A stretch of DNA of 64,000 nucleotides from NCBI RefSeq assembly GCF_009914755.1, contig NC_060933.1, one strand, 5' to 3'. Shown here piece by piece: positions 1 through 14,059 of this stretch. Every line of letters begins with the position of its first letter. Position 1 is the stretch's first letter. The notes below the pieces were generated by a model. It ran no database searches. It was given only the letters and a program-made list of their open reading frames with translations, and was not told the DNA's origin. A program made the position numbers and the translations under genes. Origin of the DNA: the human T2T-CHM13v2.0 reference genome, Homo sapiens.

Positions 1-181
1 TATTTCAAGGTTTTAACACACTTCCAAATGATTACAAGAAAGAGTATATAAATAATGTAATAAGAGTGCTAATAGAGAGGGAAAGCATCATGAGCAACTC
101 AATCATCAAAGGTTTCTTAACCCATTATAAATATTTGTCTACATTGATTACTATATATTTAAATAGGCAGCTCAGCAACAC

Positions 182-274
182 TTTTTATTAATTGACTTAT
201 TGAAATGTAATTCAAATACCATACAATTCACTCTTTTAAAATGAACAATGTAGCAGCTTTTAGTATGTTCTCAG
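182..274 (-). mobile_element. Old L1 (L1MB-like) 3' end fragment
   Basis: 'ttattgaaatgtaattcaaataccatacaattcactcttttaaaatgaacaatg' resembles the reverse complement of L1MB 3' termini; boundaries approximate. Confidence 0.5.
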
Positions 275-450
275 TCCTACCACCACAAGGAAGATGCTCT
301 GAATGAAGAAGGAAATTGCTACTTCTCTAGAAGCTCCAGAATGTAATATTGCCTGTCAACCTCTTGAGTTAAGGCAGCGAGAACTACTGGGCTATAAGAC
401 AACATATTTATGCTATTTTAAGATACTAGCCTGTGGTAATTAGTTACAAC
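275..450 (+). mobile_element. MLT1-type MaLR LTR 3' fragment
   Basis: 'ttctctagaagctccagaa...tgctattttaagatactagcctgtggtaattagttacaac' matches the MLT1 3' end pattern (ttttaagccactaagtttgtggtaatttgttacagc). Confidence 0.5.
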
Positions 451-619
451 AAAGTGGAGATAGGGAAAGTAATACAGCTATTAACGTAACAGGGACAGAC
501 TGTGTGTCCAATTGTCCAAGGGTAAGCATATCATAAAGTTAAAAGTAATTAAACAGATTCCTTTTAGATTGTGAAATTCAGATGCAAAAACTGGATAAGA
601 GGAATTTGGCAATGGGTAA

Positions 620-1180
620 AACTGGAGAAAATATGTAGGTGTGCTTTTAGACTATGAAGTTTGCACTATACTCTGAGCAATGGGAATATGAAATAGGGTA
701 GTGAAATAGTCAGTTATTCATCGTAGAAAGATTAGACTTATATGCTAGGATCCATGCAAATGGATTGGAGAAGAGCAAAGCAAAGGTAAGAGATACCAAC
801 TGTAAAACCTTTGCAATAATTCCAGAGAGAGCATGTTACCCTTGATATAAGTAGTGGAAATGAGTTGAGAAGAAATGGAATAATAAGGGAGAAGGATTTA
901 GTAAATATAATTAACAACTCGTGGTGCCTCAGTAGGGGTTATGAAGGATAACTTTTAACCTATAATGTCACCTATGTTTTTAGCTTGGCCAAATTAATAC
1001 ATGTTAATGGCAACATTATTGGCAGAAGTTGGAATCTCAGGAAAAGGACATGTTTGATACTGGACAATGGTGAAGATTCTAAGATTCTGTTTAGTTGTGC
1101 TGAATTTGATGTTTCTGTGAAAGCGAAAGAAGTTAAATGGAGGATATATTTGATGGAGAAAAAGGTGGAGGATGAGTTTT
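620..1180 (-). mobile_element. Degenerate L2 fragment
   Basis: Purine-rich antisense L2 pattern ('ttgcaataattccagagagag', 'tgctgaatttgatgtttctgtga'); heavily diverged, boundaries approximate. Confidence 0.45.
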
Positions 1181-1765
1181 GATAAACCGCTTTGGGGATA
1201 TCTTCTAACAGCTGCTGATGCAAATGGTTCTCTAAGAGTGGCCCCTTCTAAGCTGGATCTGTCCCTGATTCTAGGTGTGTGGATTGGATTCTGAAAGGAC
1301 ATAGAAGGTCCTAAGCCAGCTATTTTCATAGGATATTCAGGTGCTTTGGCAGCCCCTAGGCTGCCCAAATGGCTTTTCCATTCCTGGGAAAAGACCTAAA
1401 AATCTGAACACTTCCTAGAGAACTTGGAGTCAGATAAAGGCTGCCATCAAAACCTACCTATTCTCTTGCCAGGTGTTTCCCAGCTCATCCCACATATTAT
1501 AAAAGGAGCAGGGATGAGGGTACACATAATATTCCTGATTCTATTTATTCTTAAATCTCAGGCATTTATTTAAGTTCTGTGAGACACCCTGTATCTTCAA
1601 ATTAAATTCCTCTTTTTGCTTATCTTCATTTGAACTGAGATTGCATTGCTTTTTTTTGCCAAAGGGGATTCAGGTTATATGACAATCATTTTTATTGACA
1701 CTGAATATAGTGCTAACACAGAGAAACATTGTATGTTTAAATGGACAACGAGATATACACTCTAG

Positions 1766-2123
<358 letters not shown>

Positions 2124-2183
2124 GGCCCTGTTTTTTTGATATAAAGACACCCTATGATTTGTACTAGTGAGGAGCCTTGGGGG

Positions 2184-2547
2184 TATATTAGTCTGTTTTC
2201 ACACTGCTGCTATAAAGACATACCCCCAAATGGGTAATTTATAAAGAAAAGAGGTTTAATTGACCCACAGTTTTGCATGGCTAGGGAGGCCTCAGGAAAC
2301 TCACAATCATGGCAGGAGGGGAAGAGGCACATCTTACATGGTGGCAGGTAAGAAGGAGTGAGCAAGAGCAGGGAACGTTGCTTTACAAAACCACCAAATC
2401 TCATGAGAACTCACTTACTGTCATGAGAATGGCATGGCGAAAACTGCCCCTGTGATCCAATCGCCTCCCACCAGGTCTCTCACCTGACATGTGCAGATCA
2501 CAATTCAAGATGAGATTTGAGTGGGGACACAAAGCCAAACCATTTCA
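2184..2547 (-). mobile_element. MaLR solo LTR (MSTA/THE1D-like)
   Basis: Termini tatattagtc...ccaaaccatttca, 364 bp, with 5-bp TSD ggggg on both sides. Confidence 0.9.
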
Positions 2548-3994
2548 GGGGGTAGTAGACATTTTTGCTTGACCTGAAATAAAGATTGGGCCTAAAGATA
2601 GAACATGAATTACCAAGGGGAGAAGTAAATATTGTTCACCCCAATTATTATTTTGTATGCAGGCAAATAACTCTGCTCAAGATATTTAGAATAAAATCAA
2701 GTGTCAAAGATATTTCAAGTGATTATAGACTAGGACTGTACCATCCTGTGCCTAAATTCTATGAGCAGCTGGACTGTAGTAGTGCAATCTGTATAAAGGG
2801 AAGGTTATAGGCACTGGATTAGTAGAATATCTGGTTCTGGCTTGGGAAATACCCCTGTGAAATATGTGAGCATTCTGTGATATCTACAAACCACATATGG
2901 TTAATAGAGATTCCATTTATTACATGATAATATCACTCTGAGTATATGACAGTATTGCTATATTTAGTTGTTAATCTAATTTTAATCCATCAAATTTGAA
3001 TATTCATTAAAACATGACAACAAGATAAAATGCAAATAGAAAAGAAGACAATTTGAAAGGGTGTTAATAAATGGATGACACTGGTAAAATAACAACACAA
3101 TTTATTAAGTCAGGCTTAGATCCAATTAAAATCTTTACTAAGAGTTTCAACTTTATTTCTCAAGGTATTTCTATGTTCTGAAGTATACAAGTATATTTGT
3201 TTGGGTTTCCATTTCCTTCCTGGAATCTGTGTTAATATCTACAGTACATGATGCCTTTAGGAAGAATTTTTTATCTTTATGAGCTATCATTATGCAGAAA
3301 ACACTCAGGTTTATATCTCTCTATTTGATCATTTAGCTTTGGCAGCAGATGATCTGATTCAGAGTCTGTCTACAGTGAATAATTGAGTGTCAGAAATGTT
3401 TTAAATTAAATTCTGACAAAGATGAAATGCTTTGTGGGGGAAGCTAAATGTTTGTTAAGTTCTTTGTCCTCTTTTTCATGGCCTCTTAATGGTTGCAATC
3501 TTTTATCTGCTTTTGCAAAGAAGAGTCTATGTGCTATTTAAGATTCTGTTGTGGGAGCCATCAGGCACATTAAATCTGTTCCTCTGTGTTCTTTCACCAT
3601 CTTACGTACATTGTAAGTATAAAATAAAAGGAGTAGCAATGAAAGAGAATTTCCTTCAAAACAGCATAATTAGTATCAATGTATATTTTATTTCCTGTTA
3701 ACACCTATCAATATAAGAAATAGGGTTGGTTAGTGATTTCAAACTGATAAATATAAAGCAGATTTTGGTTGGATTTAAGAGTAGTGGCCCTCTGCTATAT
3801 GAAAGATTCAAGTGAAAAACCAGTTGAGGATACTGCAAAACAAGCAAATAAATATTCAATAGTCTTTTTTTTATGTGGCTCGCACATATACTCACTTCCT
3901 AGTTTTAGGTATATTATAGACCCTTAGGAAAATAAAGTGCAGGGGACTTTCACTTTTGCAGGCAGTAATCTTGATTTAGAAATATAATATAAAT

Positions 3995-4105
3995 GTTACT
4001 TTGAGGCCGACTTGGGCTCAAAATCTATCTCTATTAGTTATTTGTGTACTTTGGAGCAGTTATTAAATAATCAGCTTCCATTTTCTCATTCATAATTTGG
4101 GAGTT
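3995..4105 (+). mobile_element. MIR fragment
   Basis: 'gacttgggctcaaaatc...tgtgtactttggagcagttattaaa...ttttctcattcataatttgggag' resembles the MIR core. Confidence 0.5.
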
Positions 4106-4111
4106 CTGTTC

Positions 4112-4335
4112 TCATTTAATAATTCAATCAATATATATTTATTGTGTACCATAAAACCGCAATTACTTTTGCACCAACCTACTAATATGTGCTGGTCATA
4201 ATCTAGCCATGGAGGATACAGTTGTAGACAAAACAGAGAAACTTCCTGCCTTCATAGACCTTAAATTCTAGTGGGATAAAATAAATGAAAAAATAAAACA
4301 TATAAAATTTTAGATAATTTTAAATGCAATAAAAG
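4112..4335 (-). mobile_element. L2 3' end, interrupted by an Hsmar1 TIR
   Basis: 'attcaatcaatatatatttattgtgtacc...tatgtgctgg...gatacagttgtagacaaaacagagaaacttcctgccttcatagaccttaaattctagtggg' is an antisense L2 tail. Confidence 0.65.
4153..4181. mobile_element. Solo Hsmar1/MADE1 terminal inverted repeat containing the 19-bp SETMAR binding site
   Basis: aaaaccgcaattacttttgcaccaaccta matches the MADE1 right half. 4157-4175 is the reverse complement of GGTGCAAAAGTAATTGCGG. Confidence 0.9.
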
Positions 4336-7300
4336 TAAGATAAGGAGAAAGAAAATGAAGTGTGTGTGTGTATGTGTTTGTATTTTGTGTGTGAAATGTA
4401 CAATTTTAAGATGGCATATACATACCTTCCCCCAGTCATTCAATCAAATAGTGACAGATAGATCGATGACAATTGGAAACAGAATATCAAGCTTTCACTT
4501 TTTAATGGCTGAAACAAATACTAACTGCTGGAATAATGCCAATAATGCTTCTTAGAAAGCTAGAAGCAAGTCAGAAAGGAAGATACTAAAAAGTAGATAA
4601 AAGTATATTCTGCTTAATTATTGAAATATATGCAAAGGTATACCTATGAAGAAACTCTACTGAAAGCAGAAGAAATTACCAAATCTTTGTGACTAAAGAT
4701 TCTTATTCTAGTATTTGTCATGATGCTTTTCACAAAGAGGATTTTCAGGAAGAAAGTTTGACCCTCTCTGCACTTCCTCATCTGCTTCTGTTTCATCACT
4801 GTTCCCACAAAATGTGATTCCAATAAGCATATCCTTATTGTGTGGTATAAATAGACTCTCTCTATATACTTGATGGCTGCTTAAAATACAAATCAGTCTC
4901 TTTTTTCCCCCAAGAATCCACTAACAAGCAGTGGCTAAACTGTTATTTGTATTTTTACAAAAATGTCACTGGTATAGAGAATAAAATAAAACTTCAAAGT
5001 ACTCATTTTAATTGTCAAGGAATCTGAATAACATATTCTTAAATTATATATATATTTTGCTTTCTTATTTAACTAACAAATTCTAGTAAACAACCAGACA
5101 CAATACTTATCACTAGAAACCCCTTCATTTTTTCTTTCTGCTAGCATCTGGAAATATATTTATGTTCAATGTGCTTAAAAGTCACAACATGTAGAATAAT
5201 CTTACCTATATAAACCTACATGTGGAGAAAAAGTCCATAAGTAATAGATATTATGGATGATGTTTTAATTTTTATTTTAATATTGTTCTGTATTTTTCAT
5301 TTAAAAATGAATATTACATAATTAAAGTTTAGGTTAGGATACTTAAGTTTATACCAAATAATCCAAAATGAATATTAGCAGACACTAAGATAAGAAACAC
5401 TATTGGTCAAAAAGAAATTCTCTGGAAGGACTAGAAGTGGTCATTGCTTTCACTATTATTTCCTTAATATTTTAACTTCTCCATAGTGGTCTCATATTGC
5501 CTTCATTTAAAAAATAAGTTTCATTTTAATAGCAAGTGTTATTTCAATATTGTTTATCTGGATAAATATAATGTTTTAAATTAGTCAGGTTCAATAATAT
5601 CTTACGGTGATTCTTCATTAAATAAATGTCAGGTCTCAGAATTAATATTTTGAAATTGAAATCTGTATTTTAGTTATTATAGTGAGTATAGATTATCAGA
5701 GGCAGAAACCATGTCCACCACTAATTCTAATGCCACTGCCACCTAGTTAACTACCTGCTTCATGTTCAACAGTAGCTATCTGCTGGTTGACCTCAGCCAG
5801 TATCAGCAATGAATAGGCCTTGAATACCAGATTCAAGGACAATAATCAAAAACATTATCACTTCCACAGTCACTATTAGCTAGCTACATCCAGGCGCTAG
5901 AAATGGATAGGTATATAGAGCAGCTGGAGGGTCTTGGTAGATTATTTGAATGTCGGCCCCAAAGCTCTGGGAAACCTTCCTCAGTGACTTTTGGATCCAG
6001 AGATTCATTCAAGAGTGGACAATTCAAACAAGACCAAGCCTGACATATCAGGAGGAGCCCTATTTATTTAGTAAATTGAGATACCTCACCTGTAATTATT
6101 CTCTCTAGAGTTTCAGTATTAACTCTAATGCTTATTTTCATGTGGATTTTAAACTTATTTTCAAGTCATATAATTTTTTGGACTTTAAATATGTATATTT
6201 CTTATTTTTTTTACTTCTAAATAAATCCCAATTTGCATTTTACCTAGAGCATTTTTAAGTCATCCTCCTCAAAAGGAAGTAGCATTATTTATTTGCTTGT
6301 ATCTCAAGGAGGCAAATTTTAGGAAGGAAATACATTTTAGGAACTGATGCTCTTCTTGCAACTACTTAGGATAAATGCCCAGAAATTCATAGGTTGAATA
6401 AAATAGTTGTGGGCTACATAGTCCACTATATTATTATACTTTGCCAAAGATACTTATTTTGTACAGACAAATCAGTATTTTTTATATTTTGTTGAATCAA
6501 TACTTTGGAAAATTTATCCCAAAACAAAATATAAAAAATAATCAGCACTCCAATACAAGTTTTAGGAAAGTTTTTTACAATTTTAAATACAAATTTGTAA
6601 TTTTTTTATTGTTCCTTTAAAAGCTGGATTATATTTAGTATGATATTATTTTTAGTTTTTAAAATTGTCTTTTTATCCTTGGTCAATGATATAATAGATT
6701 GCATTGGGTCCATAACTTTGATTATAAAACAGAACAATTAATGACTAAATAGGGTAGGAAATGGACAGATAAATTTTAGCCTGGAATGGATGTGCCATTT
6801 ATTTGCATTACAACATATAAACTGAAATATTATTTCAGCCTAGGGTGATATTCCCTGCATGGTGCAATTCTTGAAGTTGTCAATAATTTTCTGTTTGAGA
6901 GATTTGAAAGCGGAAAACTTGTAGAAGAGGTCATTTCAAGCAGAGATGAACTCATAGGCATTTACCACATGTAGTTATAATCCCCCTCTTCCCTATCCTG
7001 ATAGGAAACTGGTTAGCTAACTTACATCATTCCTCTCTTTTTCAGAATCCACTTTTCACTACTGAGGAAAACAGAATAGAACCTGAAGGAGTCATATGTT
7101 CAGTCCTTAAATAGTCTCTCAAACATTCCTAGAATAGCCACTTTAGCATTTTCTGTATGTAGCTAATTGTAAGATGAGTTTATTAATAGGCTAGAGTGTA
7201 TGGTTTTATATCTCATTTCATTAGGACATTGATTTGCAAATAAAATTCCATTTCTATAGGTCCTAGTTGCCTCACCTATCTACTCTCTTGGGAATGGGCT

Positions 7301-10142
7301 GTTTAAGTCTACCTGAGAGAATTTCTTAAGAAAATTATTTAAATTGCTAGCCATGTTCAACTACAGAAATTGTGGAGATTTACAAATCTTTGATATTTTC
7401 AGGACTGGGTTAATTTATAGGAGCAATTTTGTTTTAACCTAAAAACCTTATTCATATTTTCTTGTTTATAATCTGCTATCTAAGCACAAAGTCTGTTAAT
7501 ACATGGAGATTTTCTTGCCTAGTGCCTTTCCCAGTATGTATTTTCTTGCATGATGGCTTACATACATCCCCATTCATCCCAGGAAGTAAGAATTCTAGAC
7601 ATCGTGCTTAAGGCACTGCTTACAGCTCTTTCCTTAAAATTCTACCAGATAGCTTGTGGTTAAATCAATTCCTGGTGAAGAGGGGAGACGATGTGAGTTA
7701 CTGGTGCTTGTCACCAGCACACAATTGGCCCATGTGCTGGCTGCTGATAACAGTGACTAACCAGTTGAAACAGCTTTTTTTTTTCTTGTATTTTTTTTTT
7801 AATCTTGAGCTCAGTGGTCACTGAAACACCTGTGAAGTGAAAGCAAATGTAATTCCAGAGTGCTAGCTGTAGATTATTAAACACAACAGATTTCTACAGT
7901 TTAAAATTATATTTAATTTCACCTTTTCAAGATTAATATTATGCTGCTTGGTGAGTGTTCTTCTAAGCACTAGTGTATGACATCATAGAAGTACATTTTA
8001 AATTTAATTTTCTTACTATTCCTAATAATTCTCAGAGAAAGTTAGTCTAGGGTACTGGTGAATCCTGGCTAATATTTATAAGTATATAAAATAATTTTCT
8101 CTGAAATTCTATAGCATGTACCAAACACTTCGATAGAAAACTCAAAATTCCATCTAGTGGTATAATATTCACATTGAGGTTATGAAAATGTGACTTAAAT
8201 TTTTAAATATAATTTAATGATGCTGATAATACATTTGGAAGTCCTTCCAATGAAATATCACTATTTAAACCCAGAGCCTAAATACTAACTCCTCTTGCAA
8301 ATAGTATAGACTTTAACAAATGATGAACATAAGGCCAATCTTTAAAAGACTATTGTCTATAATAAATGAACGCTTTTAGGCTTAACAGACTGGAGGGTGA
8401 GATATAGGTGTGCAGACAACAAAGCATGACAATATGTTTAATTTAACTTAAGGAAGGTTTATCACCTTGGGATTCCATTATCTTTATTATTCTCTCAAGT
8501 TTGAAAGAAGCCAGTCAAAATATAGCTTATCACTGGCAAAGATCGGGAAACATATTGACCTTTATTCAAAAACACTCCCCCTGCTAAATCCCACCCATTG
8601 ATGAATTCTATAGTATTTGATTAATTAATATCCATTCAAATATAGTCTTTCAACAGGCGACAGTGTTGAAAATGTGCATACTTTCAGATCCCTCTGACAA
8701 AAGAAATATCATTCATATGTTAATATATTGAATTACTAATGAAGCTTGAACACTGAACACATTCCATTTTCATAGTGGCTAGCAATTACTTTAAATGTCA
8801 TTCTAAGGAGTAAATAAAATGCTTTAAAATAGTGCTGAGTTATTTGAGTTGTTTACTATGATACTGACAGGATGTATAATATTATACTATTGTACAATTA
8901 GTTAATAAATGAAAAGTGATCCTTTAAGTTGATTTTCTAGAATGTATTCTCTGTATTTGCTGCCAATCCTCATTAAATAAACAATTTTTATGGTACATTG
9001 GTGACGTGATAAAAATGACAAAAATATTGTTTCCCACTTTCTAATGACAACTTCCTTCCATCTTGAAGAACAAATACATATAAACAAAAATTAGCATGTG
9101 AGAAGAAGATGCAGGATAATGAATGACAGCAAAAGAGAGGAAGAAAGAGATGAGAACAATGTTGACAGAAAAACTGCAATTTAATATCATACACTAATAC
9201 TTGACACATCAAATGGAAAATATAAAAGCAAATATTAAAATGTATTTATCCTGATATGAAATGACAAAGCAAAACAGAAGTACTAGCCTTAAGAAAACAG
9301 CAACTTTGAGAGTTAAACTGAAATTATAATAGCTCATATAAATTCTTGTTTTGTTTTTAAATCAGAGTAACTGTTATTATTATAGAGCCAGTTTATGCTC
9401 AAAACCTTCCAGTTAGCTTCTGAATGTCAGGAAAATTAGAATTTGTTTTATGAGTCTTCCAACAGATATTTTTGCTTGTAAAAAAACTACTGGTATTTAA
9501 ATATCCAAACTATTATTATCTCTAATACTTTCTTTATTTTATAAATTGTTCATTTGCTTTGATTTTTTGAAAGACTAATTTTATATTCAGGGGTTTATGT
9601 TGTCTTTATTTTTTAATGTATTTAAAAATTATTAGAATTTAAGTCATTTTAATATTACTGAAATTCTTCTTTTCACTTATTCTTTTAAAGTTTGTTCAGG
9701 AGTTATATAGAATAAGTGTATTCATTCTAATTTTGAGTTAGTAAAGATTTGGTCATTTTTCCCTCTAAGGGTTTCATGCTTTTATATAAAGTTTTCTGTT
9801 TCAAAAAACTAATTTAAAATTTTCAACTCTTGTCATGGATGAAGACAAGCAATAATTTATCATACTAAAAAATAGAGACATTTTGGAAAATAATTAGATT
9901 GGTTTATCACCACTGAATAAACCTCCTACAGAAACTCTTGAAAATTGTCTAATATTTTATTGTAAAACTATGTCTTCCTTAGTGACATAAACTGTCATTT
10001 TTCTAGTCAGCATTCTATAAATCATCATAGAATGAATTTTGTGATCATGAAGCTACTCTTACCATATTTTTATTAGCATTTCTAACTCTTGTTTGAAAAT
10101 ATTTTCTCAAAGTCTGAGGCTATTCAAAAGTTTTGAAATAAA

Positions 10143-10928
10143 TGTTCTATTGAATGAATTGCATTTCTCCAAAATTCATGTCTTGAAGTTGTAACCTCTA
10201 ATGTGATGGTATTTGGAGATTTGGCCTTTGGGAGATAATTAGGTGTAGATGATGCCATAAAGGTGGGGCCCTGATATGGTTTGTCTCTGTGTCCCCACCC
10301 CAATCTCATGTCAAATATTAATTCCCAATGTTGGGGAAGGGACATAGTGGGAGATGATTGGATCACAGTGGCAGATTTCCCGTTGCTATTCTCATGATAG
10401 TGCCTGAGTTCTCACGAGATCGGGTTGTTAAAATTGTGTAGCACTGCCCTTTTAACTCTCTCTCTCTCCTGCTCTGCCATGTGAAGATTGTGCCTGCTTC
10501 CCTTTCACCTTCGGCTACAATTGTAAGTTTCCCAAGGCCTCCCCAGCCTCCTGTACAGCCTGTGAAACTGTGAGTCAAGGCTCTGTTCTTTATAAATTAT
10601 GCAGTCTCAGGTAGCTCTTTATGGCAACATGAGAATGGACTAATACAGGCCCTCATGATGGATTTAGTGCTCTTATAGGGAAGGATAACTGAGAGCTTAT
10701 TTTCTTCCTCTCTCCCTGTCTCCCCATCCACATGCACCAAAGAAAGGCCACGTGAGCACTCAGAGAAATCATAGTCATCTGCAACACAAAAAGACAGTCC
10801 CAACAAGACAGTGACCTTGGTGGCACCTTGATCTCAGATTTCCAGTCTCCAGAACTGAGAGAAATAAATGGCTGTTGTTTAAGCCACTCTATATTACTTT
10901 GGTATAGCAACCCTAGCAGACTAATATA
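10143..10928 (+). mobile_element. MLT1A-type MaLR LTR, split by a nested MST LTR
   Basis: 5' part 'tctccaaaattcatgtcttgaag...aggtggggccc' resumes at 10653 as 'tcatgatgg...agaactgagagaaataaatggctgttgtttaagccac...gactaatata'. Confidence 0.85.
10272..10647 (+). mobile_element. MSTA/MSTB solo LTR nested in MLT1A
   Basis: Termini tgatatggttt...ggactaataca; 5-bp TSD ggccc at 10267-10271 and 10648-10652. Confidence 0.92.
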
Positions 10929-12214
10929 ATATGCATTATTATAAAATCTGCAGAAGTACTATTTATACTCACAAATCTACTTTGAAGATTTTTGTGTTCT
11001 GCCTCATAAAAGTTATCTCTTAACTAACAATTCTAAACCTAAAAAGATATGCTGTAGTTTGAATGTTCCCATAGGAACAAGTTATAATTGCCAACTTATA
11101 TAGCAAACAATGTGAGGAAAAGTCTATGTAAATATATATGTATAAATGCTGATCAAAGTTTCAACCCTTTTACTCTAGCTCCATTTGTAACTGAAATAGG
11201 ATAGAGAATATATATATACACACATATAAATATACACACACACGCTTACATACTTTTATGCACACACTCAGTTTAAATTTTAGTTCTACATAGTTCAGCA
11301 TTTCTTGTAGATTATATTTTTTGGGATATTGATGAAATTATTCCACAGATATTAAAAATAGTTATTGATTTTGGCTATTTTATGTCAACTACCCTTAGTT
11401 ATTATAACTCTTGTTATAACCTATTTCAAACAACTATTAGAAAAGTGAATAAATCAAATGAGAAAAATATTATAGTTTCATATTCCTACCTACCTGGTCA
11501 GATAAACTGAGAATCTTGGAATATGCCTGCTTCTTTATCAATTAACACATATCATGCATCCATCTTGCTATTGTAAAAGAGATTATGTAATTATAAAGCA
11601 TAACTGTTATAGTCGAAGTTCTCACAAGGTAATTGATGGAACAAAGGTATATAAGACAATTAAATTTTAAACTCTAGTCTAACAAAATTTATGATAGTAA
11701 CACAGGTATGAGAGAGTTATTAGATTCCTCAGTTGAATATTAGGAAAATGGTTTTATGGAAGGGGTGAATAATGAAGAAAATTTGATATTTTGGAAGGAA
11801 AAAAGAGTATATGCTATGTAACCTCTGATGTCCTTTAAGGAAAGTGTGATAGTTAAATATTTAACAATAATACATCATAGGCACAAATAAAAATAGCCAG
11901 TTAGTGGATAAATCTTTATGTGCTATATTTAATTTCCTTATTTCCTGGGTGAATTATTTTGTAGTGTTATTAGTAACAAACTTTGCAGTGCTTTGGCTAA
12001 TATTGAGCATTAATTTGAACATATTTTCTGTGCCAAAACTAATATGAAACATTTATTTTGAATCATTGCTCATTGTTCCATTTATACTGAGCATTAGATT
12101 TTTATGTTTTATGTGTAGAATGTTGCCTTTCCTTATCTAAGAGCAAGGGAATTTTATTCAAGGTATTAAGGAAAGATATTCAACAAATCAGATAAAATAT
12201 GATTGACGAATTTT

Positions 12215-12425
12215 TTAAATACTAGTTTATGTTTAGTGACCACTTACTATAAACCAGTCATTTTTCTAAGCATTTGACCTGTCATTACCCTATTTTGCCT
12301 TTACAAAAACATCACAATGGAAATTATTTTACGCATTTGAAAACAGTGAAACAATTTTAAAGTAAAGAAATAGGCCTTTTGTTATGCAGCCATGGTTTAT
12401 ATTCAGCTTTCTTTGACTCCACAGC
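12215..12425 (-). mobile_element. MIR fragment
   Basis: 'cacttactataaaccag...ttctaagcatttg...ttattttacgcatttgaaaacagtgaaac' resembles antisense MIR. Confidence 0.45.
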
Positions 12426-13055
12426 ATCTTATATAACAGAGACGAAATAACACAATAAGATTAAAGTTTAGGGTTAAAAATCTCTTAAATATCTGCATTC
12501 TCAGGGTTATGCCCTAGACCTCATTCAGTACCAAGATACTATTCAGGAATTCTGCAACCTATCTATTGCCCAATAAAGAACGCTTTCATCATTGACTTAT
12601 CTTTGTCCACCATTTTTACTGTGTTTTGTTAATTTTGACTGCAACTTATTTTATTGGTTTTTCTCATCCTTTTCATGAAGACAGCAACCACCCAACTTGT
12701 TTAGGTCATTAATACCTGTGGTCTGAATAACAGCAGCTGACTATGATTCTGCTGTCATGAATTCAAACTGAATTCAGGAAGACTTTTGTGAAAAAAATTA
12801 GATGAAGTTATTCCTTGATTTAAACCTTTTCAAAAGCTACCCTTTTCCTTGGGAAGAGTTCAGTTCCTACAAGGTTTGCAAGATTCTTCATAATCTGGTC
12901 CCTGATATCAATGTATTTCTTGTCTTGAAAAATTCCATCTCCAATGTATTAAATTACTTTTAATATGTGAAATATGGCATGTTCTCTCTTCTTTGCATTA
13001 TTTGACATATAATTTCTCTACCAACGCCAGACCCTCTTTCCTATCTCCTACTCAT

Positions 13056-13535
13056 TATATTAGTATACTATTACTACTGTAAAATATTACCACAAAATTG
13101 GTAGTTTTAAATAAATTTATTAATTTACAGCTCTGGAGAGCAGAAGTCTGAGATGGGTCTTACTAAATCAACACACTGGGAGGGCTGCATTGCTTTTGGA
13201 GACTCTAGTAGAGATTCCATTTATTCTTTGAAGCTACTAGCAGCTGTCTGCATCCTTGGCTTGGGGCCCCTTCTGTCTTCAAAGCCAGAGATGGCTGGCC
13301 CAGTCTTTCTCACATCACTCTGATACTGACTCTCCTGCCTCCCTCTTTCACGCATTAGGACCCTTGCAGATACATACACACAGTCCCACCCAGATGACCT
13401 AGAATAATCTGCCAAACTCAAATTACTTATTTTAAGCACATTTTCAAAGTCACCTTTTCCATGTAAGGTAATATGTCTACAGGTTCCCAGGATTTTGATG
13501 TAGATGTGTTTAAGTGGCTATTATTCTGACACTAT
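13056..13535 (-). mobile_element. MLT1C/D-type MaLR LTR
   Basis: Starts 'tattagtatactattactactgtaaaatattaccacaaa', contains 'acagctctggagagcagaagtctgagatgggtct', and ends 'ctattattctgacactata'. Confidence 0.8.
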
Positions 13536-13692
13536 ATTCACTCTTACACTTCTAAATTAAGAGTAAATTCTTCCCAAAAGCCCCATATCAAGGTTATGCA
13601 TCATCCCTATTCATTACCGTAACATTTTACATTGTTCTCATCATTCAAGGGTAAACAAGACAATCACTGACTTTACATGGTTTTAATCTAGT

Positions 13693-14011
13693 AAGTGATA
13701 AAGGAGACCCAGCAAGTATGCACATAAGGAGTTGAGAGCACTCTTGTATTCCCGGTGACTACCAAAATTCCTGCCATCTAGTAAGCAGTTAAACATATTT
13801 TGAGTGAATGAGTGGCCAATTAAGTAGGAAATTCTTGTTTTCACTTACATATATAATACATTTCACAAAGTATCTTCTAATAATTAAGCTCATATTTATT
13901 TGCAAAGCTAATTTTCAACCACAGTCTTATTTTGCCTTCTCTTATTTTGCTTTATTTTTATTATATTTCTCCATAAAACGAAATAGTACCAAAAACACTG
14001 ATAACTTTATA
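13693..14011 (+). repeat. Source copy of a dispersed ~320-bp duplication (L2 tail plus unique flank); second copy at 23258-23583
   Basis: Colinear shared blocks: agcaagtatgcacata; actcttgtattccc; gttttcacttacatat; acaaagtatcttctaat; aaatagtaccaaaaaca. Confidence 0.85.
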
Positions 14012-14059
14012 GTACGTCTGCTTTACAGAAAATAATGGAGTAGGCAAAAATAGTCATCT

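Noticed and set aside
1180-1665. Possible ancient LTR; also the 124-aa ORF at 994-1368
   Set aside because: Only the 3' end ('aaattcctctttttgctt...tttgaactgag') looks LTR-like and I cannot assign a family. The ORF has no recognisable domain.
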